This document shows positions 21,440 through 30,674 of a stretch of DNA of 32,000 bases, piece by piece. Below the pieces are notes generated by a model. It saw only the letters and a list, made by a program, of their open reading frames with translations, made no database searches and had not been told where the DNA came from. The stretch lies in the NCBI RefSeq assembly GCF_021378375.1, contig NZ_CP076228.1, forward strand, positions 90,001 to 122,000, read 5' to 3'. The translations under genes were made by a program, and so were the position numbers. Source of the stretch: Wolbachia endosymbiont of Drosophila innubila. GTDB lineage: Bacteria; Pseudomonadota; Alphaproteobacteria; Rickettsiales; Anaplasmataceae. Numbering within the stretch: the first letter of the stretch is position 1; every line of letters begins with the position of its first letter.

Positions 21440-22872
21440 CATACGCGTCAAGTTAAGAGATTGTAAGTAAATTCAGGGAAGTTAAGGTAGATACTCTAGT
21501 TTTTCTGTACTTGTCTTTTAATGAAAATCGAGACCAAGTTATGGTAAGCTTTTTAAGAAAAACTTTCAAACTATTAACTTTATTCTTTAGTGCTAAAAAT
21601 AACTCTATAACCCGCCTTTTTAGCTCAATAAATGCCTTTGTTAAGCTAAGTTCTGTATTCTTTTTCACTTCTGTGCAACCAACTATGCCGTGAAATATAA
21701 GAATTGCGCACAATTTAGCATATAGTTCACATAATACTCTGCATGGCTTTCCTTTTAGCTTATCAAGTCTGATATGGCTTTTATACAATTTAAATAATAA
21801 CTCAATTTGCCACCTTACTCTGTAAATCGTTAATACTTGCTCAGCACTAATTTTATTTTCTGGAACATTAGTTATAAATATTGACCAGTTCAACAATTTT
21901 TGATTTCTTTTAGAGGATGTATATCCCTGCGATCTTGCTAATCTATTAGCTTTCCTTCTTCTGGCCATAGACTGTTCTTCAGTTAGTTTCTGACATATAA
22001 TTCTTACTCTAATTTTTGCTTCTTTTCCTAACAATACCTCGTTTTCTAAAAAATAACTTATCCTCTAAACATTCTAATAACTCCATTTTTGATTTGTTTC
22101 TACATCATATATGTTGGTATCGGTTTATAACGACTTATGAAATAAGCTCCTATTTCATTGATTTGTTTAAAAGAACTTGGCACAAAATAACCGAGATCAG
22201 ATATTAGCAAATCATTGCTTAATATATTACTTAAATGTTTCCTATATCCCTGGTCTGATCTTACTCCCTCCGTTAAATTAAGTTGGTCTATTATCTGATT
22301 CATGTAGTCGAAAACTAATTGTAACTTTATTCCAGATTTAGTATTGCTTTCATAGCCACTGTAGCTAGTACCATAACCTTTATACATCTCTTCCATACTG
22401 TTAGGTAGAGTAATATAGCTACTGTCCAATAATTTAACACTATTAAATTGCTGTAAGATTTTGCAATCAACTTGCAAGATATTTTTGAAGAGAAGCACAG
22501 ATTCATTATACATCCTTTTCATAAATTCCACTGCTTCTTCAGTAAATCTAAAATCCAAACCTTGTTTTGTTATATCTATCGAGTCCTCGTTTAGTAATTG
22601 ACACATTGTTTCTACGCTACAATTATCAACCCCTATATTACCCAAGACCATGGCTTTTACGAACGATGAACCTTTTAGCTTTCTCTTTCTTTTTATAAAC
22701 CTTGTTGTAATTGAGATTTTGTCTGCTTTTTCATTAAAAAATTCTTTGAGCTTTTTTGATAAGCTAGTTATTTTATTCATTGGTTCTCTCACTAAAAGTA
22801 TTTCTGGGAGAACTTATACCTTATTATTCTATCTCTTTCATACCTTTATTTCCTTAACTTGACGCGTATGCT
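21440..22872 (-). mobile_element. IS4-family-like element, 1433 bp, 18-bp TIRs, 11-bp target duplication
   Basis: TIRs 21440-21457 catacgcgtcaagttaag and 22855-22872 cttaacttgacgcgtatg; direct repeat cttttttgaac at 21429-21439 and 22873-22883. Confidence 0.92.
21453..22792 (-). pseudogene. IS4-family transposase split by frameshift/stop (22100..22792 N-terminal part, 21453..22034 C-terminal part)
   Basis: 'VDNCSVETMCQLLNE...VKLLDSSYITLPNSMEEMYKGYG...KSGIKLQLVFDYM' continues in another frame as 'LLNWSIFITNVPENKISAEQVLTIYRVRWQIELLFKLYKSHIRLDKLKG'. Confidence 0.88.
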
Positions 22873-22958
22873 TTTTTGAACATTCCCAACGAAAAAAGAA
22901 AAACAAGGTTTAATTTTCTTTTTTATTTGCGATTTATCTATTAATTAACCGTGAAAGG

Positions 22959-24254
22959 TTACGTGTAATGCTTCTTCACATAATTATCAATAATTGCCTT
23001 AAATTCTTCAGAGACATTATCACCTTGTAAAGTTTTGAAATATTTGCCGTTTTTGTAGACTGCTGAAACAGGTTTTTCTCCATATCCAGGTAAGCTGATT
23101 CCCAAATTTGCGTGTTTGCTTTCTCCAGGACCATTTACTATGCATCCCATAACAGCAATGTTCATATGCTCTACACCTGGATTTTTTTTCTTCCACATCG
23201 GCATATGAGTTTTTATATAGCCATTCACCTCTTCAGTTAATATACGAAAACGATCGCTACTCGTGCGCCCACAACCAGGACATGAATTAACCTGAGGGTT
23301 AAAGTGTCGCAAGCCTATAGACTGCAATATTTCCTGACACACCACCACTTCATTAGTACGCGATTCACCAGGACGTTGAGTCAAAGAAGCCCGTATTGTA
23401 TCTCCAATGCCATTTTGCAATAAATAAGTAAGCCCTGCTGCGGTATTTACCACACCTTTATTGCCCATACCAGCCTCAGTTAAACCCAAATGCAGCGCAT
23501 AATTGGAAGATTTTGCAAGTGCCATATAAACTAAAATTAAATCTTGTACTTTGCTAACTTTACATGAAATGATTATTTTGTTTGAATTTAGACCAATTTC
23601 TTCAGCTTTTTTTGCACTATCAAGAGCAGACATTACAAGTGCTTTGCGCAGTATAACATCAGAAGGCCTTGAATTACTAAGCGAAGAGTTTTCATCCATC
23701 AATTTTTGCAAAAGGTATTTATCAAGACTACCCCAATTTACCCCAATTCTAACCGGAAGATCGTGCATTATTGCATACTCTATCACCCTTTCAAACTTCT
23801 CATCACGTTTGTCGCCAAAGCCTATATTGCCTGGATTGATTCTAATTTTACCCAGCATTTTGATGTTGTCTGGATAATCTTGAACTAATTTATCTAGCTC
23901 ATATTGACCGCAGCCTACCAATATTTTACCGTCAAAACCTTCTTTATTTATCTCTTCTACTATATAAGGTATTGCTCTTGCTACCTCCTCTGAGTTCAAG
24001 GCAATTCGCACCAATTCTGAACCTGTACGCGCTAGTTCTGTTATCTCTTTTGCATAATGTTTTGCGCTACTTTTTATATTATCAGCATCTATATGCACGC
24101 CAAGCGCCATAGATTGTACAACTACAGGATTATTTCCGCCTATCTTTACTTTTCCAACTTCTACAACATGAGTTTTGTGCCTGGAAATCTGCGATAATTC
24201 ATATGTATTATCATTCAATATCAGGTCTTTATCTAGCATATTATTAATGGCCAA
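22959..24254 (-). CDS. ispG: 4-hydroxy-3-methylbut-2-enyl diphosphate synthase (flavodoxin)
   Basis: '[17 protein letters not shown]', '[10 protein letters not shown]', '[14 protein letters not shown]', '[22 protein letters not shown]'. Confidence 0.96.
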   Translation of the reverse strand: MAINNMLDKDLILNDNTYELSQISRHKTHVVEVGKVKIGGNNPVVVQSMALGVHIDADNIKSSAKHYAKEITELARTGSELVRIALNSEEVARAIPYIVEEINKEGFDGKILVGCGQYELDKLVQDYPDNIKMLGKIRINPGNIGFGDKRDEKFERVIEYAIMHDLPVRIGVNWGSLDKYLLQKLMDENSSLSNSRPSDVILRKALVMSALDSAKKAEEIGLNSNKIIISCKVSKVQDLILVYMALAKSSNYALHLGLTEAGMGNKGVVNTAAGLTYLLQNGIGDTIRASLTQRPGESRTNEVVVCQEILQSIGLRHFNPQVNSCPGCGRTSSDRFRILTEEVNGYIKTHMPMWKKKNPGVEHMNIAVMGCIVNGPGESKHANLGISLPGYGEKPVSAVYKNGKYFKTLQGDNVSEEFKAIIDNYVKKHYT

Positions 24255-24264
24255 TATTGTGATA

Positions 24265-24885
24265 CTATTTTACTGTGTCAGCTACACTGCCAAATGAACT
24301 TGAACCATTCAAACTATAAGCATCTACGTTATCCAAATTAGCAATAGAATCATGTGAGCACGTTCTTCTTGATGGAGTTTCTTTTATAGTGACATTTATA
24401 GGAGAAACTTTCTTTTCTCGTGTTGAAGTAACTTTCTTCTCTTCTTGTTGTTCACTTTCATGCTGCTTATTTTCATACTGGAAAACTGACTCTTGATCTA
24501 TAAATACAGCACCCCTTAAACGTGCGATATTAATACCATGCTGATTTATCATAGTGCTCTCTTCATCGTCGACTATGCAAGCTTCCATGTCATTTGGCTC
24601 ATTATCAAGACTAGCAATTTTTTTCTCTTTTAATTTTTTGATTAGATCTTCTTTATTTATAGCTCGATCTTGTAATTTTTTTTTCTTGAGCAATTCCCTA
24701 CGCTTCTCATACAGTTTATATGACTCAGCAAAATCCTCATCTGTATGAAAGTTTGCACCACCAGGGTTACCAGGAGGTATGTATCTCTTACTGAGCTTAG
24801 ATTTAGCTTCAGCACTATGCACAGTAAAAAAGCTAGAAACCAAAAACATTAATATAAATAAAATTTTAGAAAAAACCCTAAGCAT
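24265..24885 (-). CDS. Hypothetical secreted protein, 206 aa
   Basis: N-terminal signal-like segment '[22 protein letters not shown]', then charged low-complexity sequence; 10 bp downstream of ispG start on the same strand. Confidence 0.6.
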   Translation of the reverse strand: MLRVFSKILFILMFLVSSFFTVHSAEAKSKLSKRYIPPGNPGGANFHTDEDFAESYKLYEKRRELLKKKKLQDRAINKEDLIKKLKEKKIASLDNEPNDMEACIVDDEESTMINQHGINIARLRGAVFIDQESVFQYENKQHESEQQEEKKVTSTREKKVSPINVTIKETPSRRTCSHDSIANLDNVDAYSLNGSSSFGSVADTVK

Positions 24886-25034
24886 ATGGTGCTATAGTAA
24901 ATATCGTGTTTTAAAAGATAGCAATTAACAAACTTTAAGTAAACCAGAATCTTTACTAACTTTACAATACAAATATTTTTCTAAAAAGTGATATGTTTGC
25001 TATCAAAAAAACCTACGCAGACTAAGAGAAGAGT

Positions 25035-25061
25035 AAGGTGTTACAAGTTGCGTAACACCTT
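25035..25061. terminator. Possible intrinsic terminator / hairpin
   Basis: aaggtgttac - aagttgc - gtaacacctt, 10-bp perfect stem with 7-nt loop, 22 bp from the 3' end of the 25083..25628 gene; T-tract is weak. Confidence 0.5.
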
Positions 25062-25082
25062 TTCAAGAAAAGTGTTATGCAG

Positions 25083-25628
25083 CTATATGTTTGCAACTTT
25101 TAAGTTATTCTGTAGTTTTTCAGTACCATCGGTAGTATCTACATTATTAAGTTTTGCGTCTGGCGTATCTTTAGATAAGTCGTTTTTTTTCTCTTTATCA
25201 AGCTTAACTCCCTGATAGATACAGAATGCAACAAAACTAGTTATTGCTATTGCGGCAACAGCACTGACTATGATACAAATTGCCATTATTTTTTGTTGAT
25301 CTGCTACTGCCTCTGCAAGTGTTTCCACTTTTTCTTGCAGGCCGTTTAAGTGCTCTTGCATAGCTTGAAACTGCTTAGTACCAATCTTGTCTTCTAATGC
25401 ACTAAAAACTTTTTCAAACTGCTCAACATCTATCTTTTGAGCTTCTTGCCATTCTTTTAATGCACTAAATACCTCTTCAAACTGTTTAGCATCTATCTTT
25501 TGAGCTTCTTGCCATTCTTTTAATGCACCAAAAACTTTTTCAAACTGCTCAGCATCAATTTGTTGACTTTCCTGCAATGCTGTTATATCTGACTCATCAA
25601 AGCCAAGTACCCATTTAGTTATAACCAT
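25083..25628 (-). CDS. Hypothetical membrane-anchored coiled-coil protein with 21-aa tandem repeats
   Basis: Repeats QQIDAEQFEKVFGALKEWQEA / QKIDAKQFEEVFSALKEWQEA / QKIDVEQFEKVFSALED, then coiled coil and TM 'IMAICIIVSAVAAIAITSFVAFCIYQGV'. Confidence 0.75.
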   Translation of the reverse strand: MVITKWVLGFDESDITALQESQQIDAEQFEKVFGALKEWQEAQKIDAKQFEEVFSALKEWQEAQKIDVEQFEKVFSALEDKIGTKQFQAMQEHLNGLQEKVETLAEAVADQQKIMAICIIVSAVAAIAITSFVAFCIYQGVKLDKEKKNDLSKDTPDAKLNNVDTTDGTEKLQNNLKVANI

Positions 25629-25783
25629 TTTTAACCCCCTAGTTAATTAATATATTATAATTTTACATTCCAAATGTTTAAATTATTATTAAATCAATTG
25701 TCATTATGTATTGATCTTTTAATAATTTCGTTTGACTTGCTTTTTGAAAGTGCGAAAACTTAAATTAAGGTATTACAAGATTG

Positions 25784-27898
25784 TTATTCAACCAATATCT
25801 CTCTTTTCCCTGAGTAATTTGGAGCGCTGACAATACCTTCCTTTTCCATTCTTTCAACGATGTTTGCTGCTCTGTTATAGCCTATTCTAAGCTGCCTTTG
25901 AATGTAACTGGTTGAAACTTTTTGATCTCTTTGAATGATGGCTACTGCTTGGTTATAGAGGTCATTTTCTTCATCCTCCGTTTCATCGTGTGACTCTGTA
26001 GAAGAATTTTCATCTTCTTTAGTGATTTCCTCCATGTAGTTTGGCTCACCTTGCATTTTCAGATGATCAACTATATCTTGCACCTCATTATCACTTACAA
26101 ATGGGCCGTGAACTCGAATGATCTTACCACCAGAGGCCATATAGAGCATGTCACCCATGCCGAGCAATTGTTCAGCCCCTTGTTCGCCAAGTATTGTACG
26201 GCTATCTATCTTAGAAGTAACAGCAAAACTGATTCTCGTTGGAAAGTTCGCCTTTATCACACCTGTGATCACATCCACAGATGGGCGTTGTGTTGCCATT
26301 ATGATGTGTATTCCTGCAGCACGAGCCATCTGAGCTAAGCGTTGAATAGAGCACTCTATTTCTTTGCCGGCAACAAGCATCAAATCTGCCATTTCATCCA
26401 CGATCACTACAATATACGGAAATGTTTCCATCTTGATTGGTATTTTTTCAAACAGAGGTTTGCCTGTTGTTGAGTTAAAGCCAATCTGCACAACGCGCTC
26501 CAATTCTATTCCACTATTCATCGCTTCTGTGATTCTTTGGTTATAGTTTATTACATTGCGCACATTTAAATAGGACATCATGCGATAGCGATTTTCCATT
26601 TCTTTCACTATCCACTTAAGAGCGACTACAGCCTTTTTTGGCTCTGTTACCACTGGCGTTATTAGATGCGGTATTGCATCATATATTGAAAGCTCAAGCA
26701 TTTTTGGGTCGATCATTATCATCTTACATTCATCAGGACTTAATCGATAAACGAGTGAAAGAATCATAGTGTTAATCGCAACTGATTTACCAGACCCTGT
26801 GGTTCCAGCAACGAGCAAGTGGGGCATTTTAGTTAGATCTGCAATAACTGGTTTTCCACTTATTTCTTTGCCAAGCGCAATTGGGAGATTTAAGTTTGCA
26901 TTTTGGTATTCTGGGGATTCAAGCAAATCACGCAGCATTACAATTTCCCGTTCCTTGTTCGGCAACTCTATTCCCATAGCATTTTGCCCACGAATTATTG
27001 AAATACGTGCAGAGAGTGCACTCATCGAACGTGCAATGTCATCTGCAAGGCCAATTACTCTTGCAGATTTCGTGCCAGCTTGTGGTTCAAGTTTGTACAA
27101 AGTCACAACCGGCCCATAGCATACACTGATAATTTTTCCTTGCACGCCAAAATCACTCAGGACTTGTTCCAGCAGAGATAAATTTTTATTGCTCTCCATT
27201 TCATTTAGCTGTTTTCTCTGCAAAGACTCTTCTGCTTTAGAAAGTAAATGGATACTTGGAAACTTAAACTCACTTAAAACCTCCTCGGTAGCTTTTTTCT
27301 GTCTTTCTTTTGGTTGTTGTTTAGTAGTGATTTTAGTTCTATGTTTTTCTTCTACTACTAATGGTGCAATTGAATACTCAGTAGTTTTATGTGATCTGAA
27401 GAATGGAACATTTACAAATAAGCAAGCTATTTTTTTACATAAGAAGAATAGAGAGTAAATTGTTCTCTTCCAACCAACAGATCCTACAAGACCTATTGAT
27501 GTTACTATCACAAATATATAAAACGGGCAGTTATTAATTAGTGCATTCCCTATTATTCCACTGTGTCTGTACCTTGCAGTGATGCCTAGCGAAAGTTGTG
27601 GTAGTATAGCACATATCCCTAAATTGATTAATATTAAATAGAGAATTTTTAGCAGCCTTTTTGATGGCCTGAAGATCAACAAGTAAACTATGGTTGTAGC
27701 TATTGTAACACTAGTTAATCCAAGAAATTGAACCAATATATCAGCTAAATATGAACTTACTATTCCACCTAAATTTGTCACTTCCTCATTTGTAGCTGTG
27801 TTTAAGGAAGGATCTTTATAGTTATAGCTAAAAACTGATATATATATATATATTAAAAGGGATAGATATATTGCTGATTTTAGATATTTTTTTAACAT
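25784..27898 (-). CDS. ftsK: DNA translocase FtsK/SpoIIIE
   Basis: N-terminal TMs, 'MPHLLVAGTTGSGKSVAINTMILSLVYR', 'VVIVDEMADLMLVAGKEIE', 'GADMLYM'-like 'LLGMGDMLYMASGGKIIRVHGPFV', C-terminal winged-helix gamma-like domain. Confidence 0.96.
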   Translation of the reverse strand: MLKKYLKSAIYLSLLIYIYISVFSYNYKDPSLNTATNEEVTNLGGIVSSYLADILVQFLGLTSVTIATTIVYLLIFRPSKRLLKILYLILINLGICAILPQLSLGITARYRHSGIIGNALINNCPFYIFVIVTSIGLVGSVGWKRTIYSLFFLCKKIACLFVNVPFFRSHKTTEYSIAPLVVEEKHRTKITTKQQPKERQKKATEEVLSEFKFPSIHLLSKAEESLQRKQLNEMESNKNLSLLEQVLSDFGVQGKIISVCYGPVVTLYKLEPQAGTKSARVIGLADDIARSMSALSARISIIRGQNAMGIELPNKEREIVMLRDLLESPEYQNANLNLPIALGKEISGKPVIADLTKMPHLLVAGTTGSGKSVAINTMILSLVYRLSPDECKMIMIDPKMLELSIYDAIPHLITPVVTEPKKAVVALKWIVKEMENRYRMMSYLNVRNVINYNQRITEAMNSGIELERVVQIGFNSTTGKPLFEKIPIKMETFPYIVVIVDEMADLMLVAGKEIECSIQRLAQMARAAGIHIIMATQRPSVDVITGVIKANFPTRISFAVTSKIDSRTILGEQGAEQLLGMGDMLYMASGGKIIRVHGPFVSDNEVQDIVDHLKMQGEPNYMEEITKEDENSSTESHDETEDEENDLYNQAVAIIQRDQKVSTSYIQRQLRIGYNRAANIVERMEKEGIVSAPNYSGKREILVE

Positions 27899-28177
27899 CT
27901 ACCTAAAGTAGTAAGCTACTGTATATTTTACAAAGTGAATTGTTATTAGCAATATCATTATAGATAAATCTAATCCGTTGAACGGTGGTATATATCTTCT
28001 AATAATCTTTAGTGGTGGATATGTCAATTGGTTCAAGATGTGCATTATGCTACTGACAGTTTCATTATATATGTTCACCATATTAAGTTTAACCAGCCAG
28101 TTTAGGACAACCCAACATATTAGAATGAAGCTATAAAGATCAAGTAACGTATTGAGTAGATATATGATTGGATGCAT
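27899..28177 (-). CDS. YggT family membrane protein
   Basis: 'YLLNTLLDLYSFILICWVVLNWLV...ILNQLTYPPLKIIRRYIPPFNGLDLSIMILLITIHFV' YggT-type sequence. Confidence 0.88.
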   Translation of the reverse strand: MHPIIYLLNTLLDLYSFILICWVVLNWLVKLNMVNIYNETVSSIMHILNQLTYPPLKIIRRYIPPFNGLDLSIMILLITIHFVKYTVAYYFR

Positions 28178-28348
28178 ACATATCTATTACACGAAAGTTA
28201 TATAAAAGACAAGTATTTAGCCTTTTCAAACTCAAAATGTTGTTTTTGCTGAACCAAAAAAAACTTCATTTTTTGAGCTGCGCAAAGCCACCTAAAGTAG
28301 AGAATGGACAAGGAAGGAGGGGTGTATAATATATATTAATGTTGATAT

Positions 28349-28610
28349 TTATTTCTTATAAATATCATCTCTATGTCCTATCTCTATGATCTAATTGATT
28401 TACTCTGTAAATTACACGATAGTCACCAACTCTTAGCCTTCTACATCCTTTTAAGTTATGATGTAGTGGTTCACCAAAATTTATTGGGTCAACTGTAAGA
28501 CGTTCTTTTATAGCTTTTTGAACTCTTAGCCTTATTATCTTTGGAAGGTTTGGTAAATCTTTTTCAACAACACTCTTTAGAGACTTAACCTTGTAACGCT
28601 CTAATCCCAC
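28349..28610 (-). pseudogene. RelE/ParE-family toxin, copy 1, frameshifted near the C-terminus (annotated frame ends at 28371)
   Basis: 'RYKVKSLKSVVEKDLPNLPKIIRLRVQKAIKERL...GCRRLRVGDYRVIYRVNQLDHRDRT*'; the expected tail IIEIGHRDDIYKK* is encoded in another frame ending at 28349. Confidence 0.75.
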
Positions 28611-28834
28611 TTAATATCTTCAAAATCAACTGTTTCTGCACCTTCAACATCACGCTCATCAGAAATTTTAGATACTAAAAAATCCTCCATTTCAAGCTCA
28701 ACTGCTTCTCTAAATAGTTTTCCTGCTAATTCTTGAACGGGCTGTTTAGTAAATTCAGATAATTCAGCAAGATGCTTTAAAGTTCCTTCGCTAAGAGCTA
28801 TGTTAATGCCTGAATTTGCCATATGTTTTACCAA
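28601..28834 (-). CDS. RelB-like antitoxin, copy 1
   Basis: 'MVKHMANSGINIALSEGTLKHLAELSEFTKQPVQELAGKLFREAVELEMEDF'; 10-bp overlap with the toxin start. Confidence 0.8.
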   Translation of the reverse strand: MVKHMANSGINIALSEGTLKHLAELSEFTKQPVQELAGKLFREAVELEMEDFLVSKISDERDVEGAETVDFEDIKWD

Positions 28835-28905
28835 AGTCCACTAATAATTATACAACATTTTTTTTAATTTTTCAATAAAGAAAGGAGTGGTGTATAAAAA
28901 TATAT

Positions 28906-29216
28906 TTAATGTTTCAGTAGGTCCAATATTGCCTGCTTGTAAATATTGTCCCTGTGTCCTATTAAAACAATAATTACTATACGTTTTACAGTATTTACAC
29001 GGTAGACAATACGATAATCATCAGCAACTTTATTCTTCTATGTTCCTTTAATCTCTTGCGTAGCAACACACCGTTACCAATAGGATCAGTCTCAAGATAC
29101 TCTTTTATTGCATCTTTAATACTTGGCTTTACATCTTCCGGCAAGGAAGGCAAATTTCTTTTAAGAACATGCTTTAGATATTTAATGGTGTATTGCTTAT
29201 TTCCAGATGTCTTCAC
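28906..29216 (-). pseudogene. RelE-family toxin, copy 2, frameshifted
   Basis: First frame '...YLKHVLKRNLPSLPEDVKPSIKDAIKEYLETDP...KEHRRIKLL'; the remainder 'DDYRIVYRVNTVKRIVIIVLIGHRDNIYKQAILDLLKH*' is in another frame. Confidence 0.85.
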
Positions 29217-29430
29217 TATCCTCTACTTCTTCTGCATCATCAGAATTTAACTCCCTAATAATTTTGGAAAATGCAATATCTTCCGCTTCAAGTTCGATTG
29301 CTTCCTTGACTAGCTTTTCTGTTAATTTTTGAACAGACTGCTTGGTGGCTCTAGCTAGTTCAACAAGATGCTGCGAAGTTTCTGGGTTGAAAGCTACACT
29401 AACTTTTGAATTTACCATCAGTTTTACCAA
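29197..29430 (-). CDS. RelB-like antitoxin, copy 2
   Basis: 'MVNSKVSVAFNPETSQHLVELARATKQSVQKLTEKLVKEAIELEAEDIAFSKI', paralogous to copies 1 and 3. Confidence 0.8.
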   Translation of the reverse strand: MVKLMVNSKVSVAFNPETSQHLVELARATKQSVQKLTEKLVKEAIELEAEDIAFSKIIRELNSDDAEEVEDSEDIWK

Positions 29431-29516
29431 AGTCTACTACTATAGCTATTTTACAACATTTTTTTTAATTTTTCAATAAAGGAAGGAGGGCTGTATAAAA
29501 ATATATTTAATGTTTA

Positions 29517-29810
29517 TCAAGTAGCCTTCTCATAAATGGTGTCTCTATGTCCTGCTGTAGCAACAAATACCTTATGTTTTGCAATATTTACAGTATAAAT
29601 AATTCGATAATCACTAACCCTTATTCTTCTATACCCTTTTAGCCTGCCACGTAATGGTTTACCAAATTTAATTGGATCAGTTGTAAGCCGCTCGTTTATC
29701 GCTTTTGTAATCCTTGATCTTATTGTTTTTGGAAGATTTAGAAAATCTCTTTCAGTAAAGTTTTTTGAGTAGACAATATCGTATTTCAGTTTATGTCCTC
29801 TCCCTTTCAG
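29517..29810 (-). CDS. RelE-family toxin, copy 3: open frame of 98 codons including stop but no ATG/GTG/TTG start; CTG at the homologous start position. Not in the ORF track.
   Basis: Hand translation: (L)KGRGHKLKYDIVYSKNFTERDFLNLPKTIRSRITKAINERLTTDPIKFGKPLRGRLKGYRRIRVSDYRIIYTVNIAKHKVFVATAGHRDTIYEKAT*. Confidence 0.7.
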   Translation of the reverse strand: MKGRGHKLKYDIVYSKNFTERDFLNLPKTIRSRITKAINERLTTDPIKFGKPLRGRLKGYRRIRVSDYRIIYTVNIAKHKVFVATAGHRDTIYEKAT

Positions 29811-30021
29811 ATAGTACTGTATTCCAGTCTACATCCTCACATTCCTTAATAGTTTTATATAACGCAATATCTTCTACTTCGCACTCGATTCCTTCGATGA
29901 CTAACCTTTTTGCTAGTTCTTGAACGGATTCCTTGGTGATTTCAGCTAACTTAGTAAGGTTATGTGAAATTTTTGGGTCAAAAGTTATACTAATTCCTGA
30001 ATCTGTCATATGTTTTACCAA
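29791..30021 (-). CDS. RelB-like antitoxin, copy 3
   Basis: 'MTDSGISITFDPKISHNLTKLAEITKESVQELAKRLVIEGIECEVEDIALYKTI'. Confidence 0.8.
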   Translation of the reverse strand: MVKHMTDSGISITFDPKISHNLTKLAEITKESVQELAKRLVIEGIECEVEDIALYKTIKECEDVDWNTVLSERERT

Positions 30022-30209
30022 AGTCTACTAATAATTATACAACATTTTTCTGAATTTTTCAATAAAGGAAGTTGATGATATGTAAGAAAAATTTTGCCAC
30101 CTGCGTTAATAAATAATTAAAGATTTAGCATATTTATCTACCCTCTATTCTATTACTTAAGTTAGACCACTTTTTTCTATTAATATTTTTTATTTATAAA
30201 GATGAGCAG

Positions 30210-30647
30210 TTACTCATCACGCAGTTGATCTATGGATATAATACTACCGTTTGATAGTTTTTCAGTACATTTTTCACTTTTGTATTCTTTATCAGAGTCG
30301 ATACTGATTTTGTCAAATATTAAAACATCTCCTGAAATTTTATCACGAAACTCACTAATAGCAAAAAACGGTATAGTAATTCGCTCTTGTTTTCCTTGAA
30401 AACTCAAACTGACGCTAAATTTATCCTCAGAAACTTTTAAATCATAGAATTGATGCTGTAATATAATAAGCATTTGAGTAGGGTATGACTTTTTCAAACG
30501 ATCTGGCATGGTCACACCATTAAAATATGTGAAAAATAATATTTCTAAGTGAGGGATAAAACCATTACCTGATATAACATCTAAAGTCTTTTTGATAACT
30601 TGAAACTTAGCAGAATTAAGCAGTTTTTTGTAATCTGTTTGCTCCAT
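30210..30647 (-). CDS. sspB: SspB-family ClpXP adaptor (ssrA-tag binding)
   Basis: 'HLEILFFTYFNGVTMPDRLKKSYPTQMLIILQHQFYDLKVSEDKFSVSLSFQGKQERITIPFFAISEFRD' matches the alphaproteobacterial SspB pattern. Confidence 0.85.
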   Translation of the reverse strand: MEQTDYKKLLNSAKFQVIKKTLDVISGNGFIPHLEILFFTYFNGVTMPDRLKKSYPTQMLIILQHQFYDLKVSEDKFSVSLSFQGKQERITIPFFAISEFRDKISGDVLIFDKISIDSDKEYKSEKCTEKLSNGSIISIDQLRDE

Positions 30648-30674
30648 ATAACTTTCACATACGTAAATTTTGGG

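Noticed and set aside
26051-27458. Plus-strand ORFs within ftsK
   Set aside because: Antisense shadow ORFs of FtsK; no independent support.
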